From Lentisphaeria bacterium UBA1776 (GTDB lineage: Bacteria; Verrucomicrobiota; Lentisphaeria; Victivallales; Victivallaceae): a stretch of DNA of 61,647 nt. The translations under genes and the position numbers were made by a program. The stretch is taken from assembly GCA_002314605.1 (NCBI GenBank), contig DCGO01000095.1, positions 1 through 61,647 on the forward strand, written 5' to 3'. Below, one piece after another: positions 21,227-30,738 of this stretch. Numbering within the stretch: the first letter of the stretch is position 1; each line of letters starts with the position of its first letter. The notes under the pieces were generated by a model. That model had not been told where the DNA came from. It did no database searches and saw only the letters and a list, made by a program, of their open reading frames with translations.

Positions 21227-22675
21227 TCACTCCAGATCTTTGCGGAAGGGGTTTTCGATACGGCGCCGGACATCCCGGGTCATACTGGCCGGATCGACGG
21301 GTTTGCTGTTGTTGACATCCTGGGGATGGGCTTCCGCCGTCACCACGATGTAAGTCCGTTCCCGGATGGTGGTCACGGTGCTGAAAAGATATTTGATGAC
21401 GGGGATCCGGCAGAGGATGGGGAGCCCCAGAGTCTGCTCCACGTCATTCTCCTTTTCATAGACAGTCAGAACCTTTTCCACACCGAAGGCCAATGTGGCG
21501 CTGCCCTCCATGATGCTGGAGTTGCTCAACTCCGCTCCGGTGTTGCCCCGCTCCACCACGTTCTTGAAATTCATGGAGTAGCTGAAAAGCACGTTGCCTC
21601 TGCCGTTGTTTCCCAGACAGATGAAGGGATTGAAAATGGTTGCCGACAGCACCGGGGGATCGGCATGCTTGATGCCGTATTCATCTTCGTAATAACTCTT
21701 GCCCACGGAGGTGCGCCCCAGGGTGTTTTTGAAGATGTTCTGGTATTCCGGATACATGGAGATCCGGTAAATGAAGGGGGCCGTATCCGGTTTGGCTGTC
21801 TGCAGCATGAGGAGACTGCGGTAATCCGTTTCATCGCGGACGGGGGTGTTGATCATGGTGAGTCCGGCATTGGCGGCCACGTTGGCGTTGCCGGACTGCT
21901 GAAGACAGCGGATGAAACTCATGTCGATCTGGGGAGCGGTGAAGAATCCGCCGAACCCCCAGGAAGTGCTGGCATTGATGGCAGTATCCGCAAGCCCCTG
22001 GATCACCTGATCCACCGAGAGGTGTCCGGCGTTGTAGGCGGCGTTGAGGAGATTTACACCGGGACCGTTTTTCCAGGCCAGATAGTCAAAACCCCAGTCC
22101 TTCAGATCGCTGTCCCGGATCTCATAGTAGTTGAGCCTGAGGCTGATCTGGGGGATCGGACGGTCCAGCCGGGCGAGAAAGTTCAGCGTCCGGGTGGCGG
22201 CGTTCATCTGGTCGCGCCAGAAGATCGTATTGGTTTCGGCATTTACATAAGCGGCTCCGACGCTGGACCCGGTGGACTGATCGATGATTTCCCGGAACTG
22301 TCTGGCTGCACGGAATTTCGGAGCATACGCCACATGGGCGATGCCGGTGCCTTCCAGACCGGGCCGGTCAATGGTACGGACCAGATCGTCCACCATGGGG
22401 AGAAAATCTTTTCCGGTGGAGACCATGATGGCATTGCCGTTTTTGCCGTCCACGGTGGTGACCCGGCGGACTTCGGAATTGAAGCTGTACCGCTTGACGG
22501 CGGAGTTGATGAAGGGCAGCAGTTCCTGCGCATCGGCGTGCCGCAGTTCATAGACCCGGGTGGCATACCGGACCTGAGCGTCATCCTGCCGCAGGTGGAT
22601 GGTCCGCACCTCGGCGGGCGCCGCACCCAGCACCGTGCAGACGATGCCGAGCAGAATCAAACCGTATTTTTTCAT
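21227..22675 (-). CDS. secretin-family outer-membrane channel (second paralogue)
   Basis: 482 aa with a signal peptide (LLGIVCTVLGAAPAEV). The junction reads IPQISLRLNYYEIRDSDLKDWGFDY. The C-terminal signature reads GLPILCRIPVIKYLFSTVTTIRERTYIVVTAEAH. Its stop lies 6 nt upstream of the next secretin's start. Confidence 0.7.
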   Translation of the reverse strand: MKKYGLILLGIVCTVLGAAPAEVRTIHLRQDDAQVRYATRVYELRHADAQELLPFINSAVKRYSFNSEVRRVTTVDGKNGNAIMVSTGKDFLPMVDDLVRTIDRPGLEGTGIAHVAYAPKFRAARQFREIIDQSTGSSVGAAYVNAETNTIFWRDQMNAATRTLNFLARLDRPIPQISLRLNYYEIRDSDLKDWGFDYLAWKNGPGVNLLNAAYNAGHLSVDQVIQGLADTAINASTSWGFGGFFTAPQIDMSFIRCLQQSGNANVAANAGLTMINTPVRDETDYRSLLMLQTAKPDTAPFIYRISMYPEYQNIFKNTLGRTSVGKSYYEDEYGIKHADPPVLSATIFNPFICLGNNGRGNVLFSYSMNFKNVVERGNTGAELSNSSIMEGSATLAFGVEKVLTVYEKENDVEQTLGLPILCRIPVIKYLFSTVTTIRERTYIVVTAEAHPQDVNNSKPVDPASMTRDVRRRIENPFRKDLE

Positions 22676-22751
22676 AAAACTTCTCCCGGGGAAAAAAACT
22701 GGCCCGGCCGGGGAACCGGCCTGAACTCTGTAATGAATGGAAAGGGAAAAT

Positions 22752-23189
22752 TTAAAGGAAGTTGAATCCGAGGATCGCGATTTCCTTATCGGAGGTCTTT
22801 CCGGTGATGATCCGGAAGAGCGCCTCGCTGTGGATGATCTTCTTGTCTTTGTCGATCCGCTCGAAACGGATTTTCCAGATGTGGGGCGTCACTGCCACAA
22901 ATTCCAGACTGGTAAGATACTGGAAGGAGATGGGCTGTCCCAGCGTTTCCACAATGTATCCCCGGGTGCTGTTGAATTTCTTTTCATCGAAGCGCGCCCG
23001 CTGTTCTTCCGGCAGAAGCTCGACGAATTCCGACGGATTGTTTTTCAGAAACGCCATCAGAAGTTCCCGGCAGAGCGTCAGCTCTTTGCCGGCATTTTTC
23101 GGCAGTGCCCGCTCCGGAGGCTGTTCCAGGATAGTGGTACAGCCCGCCAGCAGTGCCGCCGCAATCGCAAGCAGGAACAAATGTTTCAT
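22752..23189 (-). CDS. small lipoprotein of unknown function
   Basis: 146 aa from ATG 23189, with lipobox MKHLFLLAIAAALLAGC. It is the first gene of the secretin operon. No family recognised by eye. Confidence 0.55.
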   Translation of the reverse strand: MKHLFLLAIAAALLAGCTTILEQPPERALPKNAGKELTLCRELLMAFLKNNPSEFVELLPEEQRARFDEKKFNSTRGYIVETLGQPISFQYLTSLEFVAVTPHIWKIRFERIDKDKKIIHSEALFRIITGKTSDKEIAILGFNFL

Positions 23190-23446
23190 GCAAAACCTCT
23201 TTGAATTTGAAATGCTTTTGACAAAAATGTCTTTGCATGAAAGATAATATACCATCTTTCTCCTGAAATGCAAGCTCCGATGCGAAAATTTGAAAAAAAA
23301 GGTCCGCAAGTGCCGCAGGCTCCAGCGCGGGCACACGCCTGTCAGCCGGACAAAATTCAGCGGTCAACAGGTCATTCTGTTCTTGACTTTTTCTGTTCCT
23401 GCGTTACATTTTGGAGTGCGCAAAATTCAACAGGGAGATTGCAGAC

Positions 23447-24547
23447 ATGCCTTTTGATAATGGAAGTATCAGCGTCACTTTTTTTGAGCTTCAGGAACCT
23501 TTGCCGGAAGATCTGGCGGGAAAAATGTCCGTCTATCGGGCCGGAACGCTGGACAGCGTCAGCAAAGATCCGGATGAAGATGCCCAGCTGGGCTGGGTGG
23601 CCCGTCATATTCTTGATTCGGAGATCAATGATGTCACCATTCACCGGGGGCGGATGATCTCCATGATGCTCCGCAAAGCCAAGCGTCAGGTCCCTTCCTC
23701 GCTGCTGCAGGCCATCTGCCGCAAGGATGAACAGAAGTATCTCTCCGAGAAACAGGCGGATTTCGTGCCTTCCAAGGTGCGCAAAGCCATCAAACAGGAG
23801 GCTGTCGAAAAACTTCTGCCCATGATGCCGCCCACCCTTTCGGCCATACCGTTTGCGGCGGACCCGGCGAACAACATTCTCTACCTCGGCACCGGGTCCC
23901 AGGCGGGAATCGACCTCTTCATCGAGGAATTCCGCCGTGCTGCCGGGACGGAACCGCTGCAGTGGACACCCGCTTCCATTCTGGAAAAAGATCATCAGAC
24001 CACGGAAAGCAGTTTTCCTGCCATTTCCTTCTGCGGGACGCGGGAAACGGAGCCGGTGATCGGCCGGGATTTTCTGACATGGCTCTGGTACTTCAGTGAA
24101 AAGGGCGGCAAGGCCGACTGCGGCAGCGACGGTGAATTTGAACTCCTGATCGAGGCCCCTCTGGTCTTTGCCGATTCCGGCGAAGCCAACGGTGCCGAGG
24201 AGACCGTGGTCAAAAAAGGCAACAGTCCCCAGCGGAGCGCGGAAGCCAAAGCCGCACTGGCCACCGGCAAAAAACTCAAGAAGGCCGCCTTCACCATGGC
24301 CCGGGGTCAGGAACTCTGGCACGGGACCTTTGATGCCGATCACTTCACCTTCAGCGGGCTCAAACTTCCCGACGGGGAGATGATGGCACCGGACGAGCGT
24401 TTCCAGGAACGCATGGAGTTCCTTCTCCTCTTCAAAAATGCCTGGGGCGCTTATTTCCGGACCTTTGCCGAAACCATGCTGGGCGGCGGCCTGGCCGGGG
24501 AAGAAGCCAAATTGAAAAAATGGGCATCCAGCCGCGACGCGGTATAG
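23447..24547 (+). CDS. rdgC: recombination-associated protein RdgC-like
   Basis: About 366 aa from ATG 23447. The layout resembles RdgC: an N-terminal ..SVTFFEL.., an acidic loop, QLGWV, LSEKQ..VPSKVRKAIKQEAVEKLLP, and LYLGTGSQAGIDLF. Confidence 0.7.
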   Translation: MPFDNGSISVTFFELQEPLPEDLAGKMSVYRAGTLDSVSKDPDEDAQLGWVARHILDSEINDVTIHRGRMISMMLRKAKRQVPSSLLQAICRKDEQKYLSEKQADFVPSKVRKAIKQEAVEKLLPMMPPTLSAIPFAADPANNILYLGTGSQAGIDLFIEEFRRAAGTEPLQWTPASILEKDHQTTESSFPAISFCGTRETEPVIGRDFLTWLWYFSEKGGKADCGSDGEFELLIEAPLVFADSGEANGAEETVVKKGNSPQRSAEAKAALATGKKLKKAAFTMARGQELWHGTFDADHFTFSGLKLPDGEMMAPDERFQERMEFLLLFKNAWGAYFRTFAETMLGGGLAGEEAKLKKWASSRDAV

Positions 24548-24565
24548 CGCCCGAAAAGAAAAGTC

Positions 24566-25249
24566 ATGCACAGCTTCTGGGTGGACAAGTGGCCGGAGAC
24601 AGGATCGGTCTTCCGGCTGGCAAAACAGGAGGAGGAACATCTCTTCCGGATCCTGCGGCCCCGCATGGGGGAGCGCGTCCGCCTGCTGTCCGGAGACGGT
24701 CTTGCCGGCACCGCCGAAATTTCCGGTGTCAGGGAGCTGAAACTGCTGGAGGTCACACCGGAAGCGGCCCCGGAACTGCAGCTGATCCTCTGCTGCGCGG
24801 CACCCCGCCGCCAGAAACTGGATCTGCTGCTCAAGCAGGCCGTGGAACTGGGGGTGTCGGCGATTCACCTGATGCATTGTGCACGGTCGGTGGCCAAACC
24901 GGAAGGAGCGGACCGCTGGCAGACGCTGATGCAGGAAGCCTGCAAGCAGTCAGGCAATCCTTTTCTTCCGGAAATCTTTGTCCACCCCTCCCCCGGATCG
25001 GCACTGGCGGCTCTGGCCGGATGCCGGCTGTATTACGGGGCTGTGGTGCCGCCGGAGGAACCCATGCCGGAGATTCCGGCACGGGGCAAAGCGGTTTTTC
25101 TGGCCGGTCCGGAGGGAGGATTCACCGTGGAGGAGGAAACGTTGTTTGCGGCACACGGAGCCAAAGGGATCAGTCTCGGGCCGTGGATCCTGCGGCTGGA
25201 AACCGCGGCTGCGGCGGGACTGGCGGTATTGAGGGCGCTTGGAAGATGA
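24566..25249 (+). CDS. rsmE: 16S rRNA (uracil1498-N3)-methyltransferase
   Basis: 227 aa. Has FWVDK...EEEHLFRILRPRMGERVRLLSGDG, a central RRQKLDLLLKQAVELGV, and a C-terminal GPEGGFTVEE..SLGPWILRLETAA. Confidence 0.8.
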   Translation: MHSFWVDKWPETGSVFRLAKQEEEHLFRILRPRMGERVRLLSGDGLAGTAEISGVRELKLLEVTPEAAPELQLILCCAAPRRQKLDLLLKQAVELGVSAIHLMHCARSVAKPEGADRWQTLMQEACKQSGNPFLPEIFVHPSPGSALAALAGCRLYYGAVVPPEEPMPEIPARGKAVFLAGPEGGFTVEEETLFAAHGAKGISLGPWILRLETAAAAGLAVLRALGR

Positions 25250-25929
25250 GAACTTTTCTGACTTTTGGGGCGGTGATCCTTCTGCTTTCCGGCTGCGGCG
25301 GAAATTCCTCCCGGGATCCCCGGATGGTTCTGGCCGAGAAATGCCGGACCGAAGGAGATTTTCCGGCTGCGGAACGGCAGATCCGGCGGTATCTGGATTC
25401 CCATCCGGACAACGCCGATGCACATCTCCGGCTGGCATCGCTGTACGATGAATCCCTGGGGGACCCGCTGGGAGCGGCCTATCATTACCGGGAATATCTC
25501 CGGCTTGCTCCCGGTTCCGGCCGTCAGGAAGCCGTGCGCAAGTGGCAGACGGACGCGGTCCGCAGGTGCGTCCCGGTTAAGGAACCGGACGCCAATCCGA
25601 AGGAACTTGCCCGGCTCCGGCGGGAAAACGAGGAGTTGAAGCGCCTTGCTTCAGAACTGGAAAAGAAACTGCTTGTCAATTCCGCTCCGGTTCCGGCATC
25701 CGCAGCTCAGGCTCCCGCAGTATCCCCGGCGCCGCCGGCTCCGGCTCCGGCTCCGGCAAACGAAGAAGTGATCTATGTCGTCAGATCCGGGGATAATCTG
25801 AGCCGGATCGCCCGGAAATTCTACGGCAGTTCCACAGCGATCGCCCCCATTGCGGAAGCCAATCATCTGACGCCAAAAAGTGTCCTTTTTATCGGTCAAA
25901 AGCTTAAAATTCCTAAAAAATCGAGGTAA
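25246..25929 (+). CDS. lipoprotein with TPR-like segment and C-terminal LysM domain
   Basis: 227 aa from ATG 25246, which overlaps the rsmE stop (ATGA). Has lipobox LLLSGC, a coiled segment, a Pro/Ala linker, and a LysM block YVVRSGDNLSRIARKFYGS...IAEANHL....LFIGQKLKIP. Confidence 0.75.
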   Translation: MRTFLTFGAVILLLSGCGGNSSRDPRMVLAEKCRTEGDFPAAERQIRRYLDSHPDNADAHLRLASLYDESLGDPLGAAYHYREYLRLAPGSGRQEAVRKWQTDAVRRCVPVKEPDANPKELARLRRENEELKRLASELEKKLLVNSAPVPASAAQAPAVSPAPPAPAPAPANEEVIYVVRSGDNLSRIARKFYGSSTAIAPIAEANHLTPKSVLFIGQKLKIPKKSR

Positions 25930-25932
25930 AAC

Positions 25933-26445
25933 ATGAAAATTCTGATGCGTGCGGCAATTCTGTCCGCAGCGGTTTTGTCCGGCGGATGCTGGATGATGCA
26001 GGAGCCGGCGTCCCGGCAGACGGAACTGTATGATCTGAACATCCCCGCCAGCCCGGTCAGGGGACCGGAGGTGCGGCGGATCGTCAATCTTTCGCCTTCC
26101 GGGGTGAAAATGCTCTGCCGCGAGCAGGACGGCCGGATCACCGAGAACCGGAATGTCTGCTGGGTTCAGACGCCGGAAGCCATGCTGCGGCGGTATTTCG
26201 CCTGTGCTTTCCGCAACTCCGCCGGAGGACATGTGGAACTGACCCTGCTGCGTTTTGAACTTGACCGGAAGGCAAATCAGGCGGTAATCGCGCTGGAAGC
26301 AAGGTTTTCCGGCAGGGCCGCCGTACAATACCTGGAGGCGAAAGCACCGCTGCAGAATGCCGGCGGCATCGCCGCCGCCGACGCCATGAGCAAATGTGCC
26401 GCAGAACTGGTCAGCCGGATTTCAGCAATTACACAGGAGAAATAA
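25933..26445 (+). CDS. lipoprotein, possibly PqiC/DUF330-like transport-auxiliary component
   Basis: 170 aa with lipobox AAVLSGGC. The pattern ..LYDLNIP.., ..VCWVQTPEAMLRRYFACAF.., ..ELTLLRFEL.. is reminiscent of YmbA/PqiC-type lipoproteins. The assignment is weak. Confidence 0.4.
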   Translation: MKILMRAAILSAAVLSGGCWMMQEPASRQTELYDLNIPASPVRGPEVRRIVNLSPSGVKMLCREQDGRITENRNVCWVQTPEAMLRRYFACAFRNSAGGHVELTLLRFELDRKANQAVIALEARFSGRAAVQYLEAKAPLQNAGGIAAADAMSKCAAELVSRISAITQEK

Positions 26446-26447
26446 CT

Positions 26448-27143
26448 ATGGAACGCCTCAACATTCCCCCGAGCAATCACATCAAGGTCCTGGGCGGTCA
26501 GGGCTGGGTCGGTCTGATCGACCACCTGGGTACGGAATCGACCATCGTCAATGCCGCACGGGTGTCGTTCGGCAAAATCAGGAGCACCATGGAGGAGCGG
26601 GATGTGGCGCTGCTCAACTATCTGATTGCAAACCGGCACACCAGCCCGCTGGAACATGTGGTTTTCACATTCAGCGTCCACTGTCCGCTTTTTGTCCGCG
26701 GCCAGTGGCACCGGCACCGCACCTGGAGCTATAACGAGATTTCCCGGCGCTATACCGAGATCGATCTGGAATTCTACACCCCGGAAAAACTCCGACGTCA
26801 ATCGGAAAACAACCGTCAGGCATCCTTTGCCGATCCGGATTTTGAAGACACCGAATTGCGGAAACTCATTGACGAAAGCAACCGGACCAGTCTTGCGCTG
26901 TATGAGAAACTCCTTGCCGGCGGCGTCTGCCGGGAACAGGCCCGGGGGGTTCTGCCGCAGAATATGATGACCACTTTCTGGGCTACCGTGGATCTGTCCA
27001 ATCTGCTCCATTTCCTGCAGCTCCGTGACAGTGAACACGCCCAGTTTGAGATCCGGGAATACGCCGTTGCCATGCGGGAACTGATCCGTCCGGTGGTCCC
27101 CCATGTCGTGGAATATTTCGAACAGCACATGCTGGGCAGGTGA
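26448..27143 (+). CDS. thyX: FAD-dependent thymidylate synthase
   Basis: 231 aa from ATG 26448. Has RHTSPLEHVVFTF and the ThyX signature QWHRHRTWSYNEISRRY. Confidence 0.92.
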   Translation: MERLNIPPSNHIKVLGGQGWVGLIDHLGTESTIVNAARVSFGKIRSTMEERDVALLNYLIANRHTSPLEHVVFTFSVHCPLFVRGQWHRHRTWSYNEISRRYTEIDLEFYTPEKLRRQSENNRQASFADPDFEDTELRKLIDESNRTSLALYEKLLAGGVCREQARGVLPQNMMTTFWATVDLSNLLHFLQLRDSEHAQFEIREYAVAMRELIRPVVPHVVEYFEQHMLGR

Positions 27144-27250
27144 TACGCTTCCGCCGGAATTGTAAAAAAAACACCATCGGGACTTGAAAAAAACTCCGAT
27201 GGGGTTATGTTTCCCGATATACGGTACAGACTACTCTTTTGGGGACCATT

Positions 27251-28990
27251 ATGGCAAGAGATTCGGAATATATTCTTGAGCTGCTTCTGGATTACGGACT
27301 GGTGAATGAGGAGCAGATCAGCCAGGCCAAGGCGGAATCCAAGTCGGTGGACGGCAGCCTCGACCCGGTGGACCTGCTTCAGAAACTGGGATATCTGAAG
27401 TCGGAGGACCTGACCGCAATGCTGGCACAGCATTACGGCATGGAGATCATGGATCTCAAAAAATACGAGATCCCGGATGAAGTGGTCCAGGCGCTGACAC
27501 CGGATATTGTTCATCACTACAACGTGGTCCCGGTCATGCGGCACGGCGACATGCTGACCGTGGCCATGAGCGACCCGACGGATCTGGAAACATTGGACTC
27601 CATCCGTTACTATCTGGGGCGGGATGTGGAAGCGGTGGTTGCCGATCCGGGGCAGATCAAGCAGCTGATCGACAAATATTATCCCACCGCCGGTGCCGGC
27701 GGCAGCGTGGAAAACCTGATCGAGACTCTGGGGGAGGAGAGCAACGATTTTCTGGTGGAGACCGGCGCGGATACTTCCGGCGGCGGCACCATCGGCGGAG
27801 CGGAGACGGTGGGGGAAGAGACTGCACCGGTGATCAAACTGGTGCACATGCTGATCATTGAGGCATACAAGGCCAAGGCATCGGATATTCACCTGGAACC
27901 CATGGAAAAACGCTACCGGGTCCGCTACCGTATTGACGGGGCCTTGCGGGAGGTGGAAGGGCCTCCCAAATTCATGCAGGCAAGTTTCACCAGCCGCGTC
28001 AAGATCATGAGCCGGCTGGATATCACCGAAAAACGCATCCCCCAGGACGGACGTATCAAGATGCGCGTCAACGACAAGGATATCGACCTGCGTGTTTCCA
28101 GTATCCCCACCACCCACGGCGAAAGTATCGTCATGCGTATTCTGGACCGGGCCAGCATCCAGCTGGACATCCCGAAACTGGGGTTCTATGCGGACGACCT
28201 GGAACTGGTGAACGGGATCATCAACATGCCGGACGGGATCTTCCTCGTCACCGGGCCCACGGGGTCCGGCAAGACCACCAGTCTGTACGCATTTCTGAAC
28301 ACCATCAATACCGTGAGCCGAAAGATCATCACCGTGGAGGACCCGGTGGAATACCAGCTGGACGGTATCAACCAGGTGCAGGTGGACCGGGCCATTGAAA
28401 TGACTTTTGCCGCAGCACTGCGCGCCATGCTCCGTCAGGCGCCGAACATCATCATGGTGGGAGAGATCCGAGACCTGGAAACGGCGGAAATCGCCATCAA
28501 CGCCTCGCTTACCGGACACCTGGTGTTCAGTACCCTGCACACCAACGATGCCCCCGGCACCATCGCCCGACTGGTGGATATGGGGGTCAAACCATTTCTG
28601 GTGGCCTCTTCCGTGCGTGCGGTCATGGCCCAACGGCTGGTGCGCCGGATCTGCAAGAACTGCAAGAAACCTTACAGCCCGAGCAAATATGAGATTCAGC
28701 TTCTGGGGATGACCCAGGAGTATCTGGACAGTCACCAGTTCTACAAGGGTACCGGCTGCGACAAGTGCGGCCGCACCGGATACAAGGGCCGGGTGGGTAT
28801 TTACGAGATTTTCATGGTCACCGAAGATCTGGCCAAGCTCATTTTCCGCAACGAACCCAGCAGTACGATCCGGGAAGCCGCCCGGCGGAACGGCATGCGT
28901 TCTCTGCGGGATGATGCCATCCGCAAGGCGGAAGCCGGGACGACCACGCTGGAAGAGGTAATCTACACGACCCTCATGGACGAAAACTGA
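27251..28990 (+). CDS. GspE/PilB-family type IV filament assembly ATPase (copy 1)
   Basis: 579 aa from ATG 27251. Has a T2SSE_N-like N-terminus, the Walker A block [43 protein letters not shown], and a tetracysteine cluster CKNC...CDKC. Confidence 0.9.
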   Translation: MARDSEYILELLLDYGLVNEEQISQAKAESKSVDGSLDPVDLLQKLGYLKSEDLTAMLAQHYGMEIMDLKKYEIPDEVVQALTPDIVHHYNVVPVMRHGDMLTVAMSDPTDLETLDSIRYYLGRDVEAVVADPGQIKQLIDKYYPTAGAGGSVENLIETLGEESNDFLVETGADTSGGGTIGGAETVGEETAPVIKLVHMLIIEAYKAKASDIHLEPMEKRYRVRYRIDGALREVEGPPKFMQASFTSRVKIMSRLDITEKRIPQDGRIKMRVNDKDIDLRVSSIPTTHGESIVMRILDRASIQLDIPKLGFYADDLELVNGIINMPDGIFLVTGPTGSGKTTSLYAFLNTINTVSRKIITVEDPVEYQLDGINQVQVDRAIEMTFAAALRAMLRQAPNIIMVGEIRDLETAEIAINASLTGHLVFSTLHTNDAPGTIARLVDMGVKPFLVASSVRAVMAQRLVRRICKNCKKPYSPSKYEIQLLGMTQEYLDSHQFYKGTGCDKCGRTGYKGRVGIYEIFMVTEDLAKLIFRNEPSSTIREAARRNGMRSLRDDAIRKAEAGTTTLEEVIYTTLMDEN

Positions 28991-29004
28991 TCGAGGTAAA
29001 GATT

Positions 29005-30705
29005 ATGCTTGATACCGAAAGTTTGGCACTCATTGACCTGCTGATCAACGAACGGGGGGCCGACAATCCGGCGCTGAAGGATCAGCTCAAGGAAGTGGAG
29101 GAAGAACACGCCCGCTCCGGAAAGCCGGTGCTGGAGATCATCGAGAACTACGGGATCTTCAAACGCAAGGAGATCCTGGATATGATAGCGGAAAGTCTGG
29201 GCTCCTATGTCTGGACCACTTTCGATACGGAGGATATTGAGCTGGAGGTCATCAAGAAAGTTGACCAGAATACCGCCCGGAGTTACAAAATCATCCCGCT
29301 GAAGATCGATGAGAGCGGCACGATGCTGCTTGCCATGCGGAATGCACTGGACTTTCAGACAGTGGAATCTCTGCAGTTCATTCTGAACGTGACCATCCAG
29401 CCGGTGGTGGTGGACCCGGATGTGCTGGACGCCCAGCTGGACCGTTATTACCCGGAGAAAACCGACAATGTCCACGACATTCTGGAAGTACTGAAAGACA
29501 GTGCCGAAGGGGAGAAGGTGGACGAAAAGGACATTGAGTCCATGGCCAACGATGCGCCGGTGGTGAAATTCGTGGATGTGGTCATGCAGCAGGCTATCCG
29601 GGACAAGGCGTCGGATATCCATTTCGAGCCCTTTGAGAAAGAATTCCGCATCCGTTACCGGGTGGACGGCGCGCTGTACGAAATGCCCCAGCCGCCGAAA
29701 AGTCTGGCGGTCCCGGTCATCAGCCGCGTGAAAATCATTTCCGGACTGAATATTTCCGAGCGCCGCCGCCCGCAGGACGGCCGTATCGAGCTCAGGGTCA
29801 ACGGCAAACCCATTGACATGCGTGTATCGTGTCTGCCCACAAGCTACGGGGAATCCGTGGTGCTCCGGGTGTTGGACCGGTCGGTGGTGAATCTGGATCT
29901 GGATGCCCTCGGCATGGAACCGGCGCTCCTCAATAAACTCCGGGAGATCATCCATCTGCCCAACGGGATTTTGCTGGTGACCGGTCCCACAGGGTCCGGC
30001 AAGACCACAACATTGTATTCGGCGCTGCGGGAAATCAACGTGGTTTCCGACAAACTGCTGACCGCCGAAGACCCGGTGGAGTACGATATCGAAGGGATCG
30101 TGCAGGTCCCCATCAACGATGCCGTGGGCATGACCTTCGGCAAAGCGCTGCGGGCCTTTCTGCGGCAGGACCCGGACCGGATCCTGGTGGGAGAGATCCG
30201 CGACTTCGAAACTGCCCAGATCGCCATTGAAGCGGCCCTGACGGGACACTTCGTCTTCAGTACACTGCATACCAACGATGCCGCCAGTACGGTGACTCGA
30301 CTGGTGGATATGGGGGTGGAACCCTTCCTCATCTGTTCTTCCGTGTCCGGGATTCTGGCCCAGCGGCTGATCCGCCGGGTCTGTTCGGAGTGCAAGACCA
30401 GTTACGTTCCAACCGATCAGGACCTCAAGCGGCTGCGCATCGACCGTTCGGAAATCGGCGACCACCTGTTTTATTACGGCAAGGGGTGCAGTGTCTGTCA
30501 CGGTACCGGATACAAGGGCCGGAAAGCCATCTGCGAACTTCTGGTGGTCAATCAGGAGATCCGGGACCTTATTTTTGCAGGGGCCCCGCACACCGCCATC
30601 CGGGACAAGGCGAGGGAACACGGAATGCGGACAGTCCGGGAAGACGGTCTGCAGGCGATCTTCAACGGCGAGACATCCGTGGACGAGGTCGTCCGCTATA
30701 CATAA
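29005..30705 (+). CDS. GspE/PilB-family type IV filament assembly ATPase (copy 2)
   Basis: 566 aa with the same architecture: [47 protein letters not shown]...CSVC. Starts 14 nt after copy 1. Confidence 0.9.
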   Translation: MLDTESLALIDLLINERGADNPALKDQLKEVEEEHARSGKPVLEIIENYGIFKRKEILDMIAESLGSYVWTTFDTEDIELEVIKKVDQNTARSYKIIPLKIDESGTMLLAMRNALDFQTVESLQFILNVTIQPVVVDPDVLDAQLDRYYPEKTDNVHDILEVLKDSAEGEKVDEKDIESMANDAPVVKFVDVVMQQAIRDKASDIHFEPFEKEFRIRYRVDGALYEMPQPPKSLAVPVISRVKIISGLNISERRRPQDGRIELRVNGKPIDMRVSCLPTSYGESVVLRVLDRSVVNLDLDALGMEPALLNKLREIIHLPNGILLVTGPTGSGKTTTLYSALREINVVSDKLLTAEDPVEYDIEGIVQVPINDAVGMTFGKALRAFLRQDPDRILVGEIRDFETAQIAIEAALTGHFVFSTLHTNDAASTVTRLVDMGVEPFLICSSVSGILAQRLIRRVCSECKTSYVPTDQDLKRLRIDRSEIGDHLFYYGKGCSVCHGTGYKGRKAICELLVVNQEIRDLIFAGAPHTAIRDKAREHGMRTVREDGLQAIFNGETSVDEVVRYT

Positions 30706-30738
30706 TTTTGCAACAGGTTCAACAGGGAGAATTTTCTG

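Noticed and set aside
24520-25245. Long N-terminal extension of the LysM lipoprotein ORF (469-aa version in the ORF track)
   Set aside because: The extension overlaps rsmE in another frame and is Gly/Arg-rich. A lipoprotein signal peptide begins at ATG 25246, which overlaps the rsmE stop, so the short form is the credible gene.
25737-25760. CCGGCT tandem repeats in the LysM lipoprotein gene
   Set aside because: This is simply the coding sequence of a Pro-Ala linker (PAPAPAPA). It is too short and in-frame to suggest anything beyond a flexible spacer.
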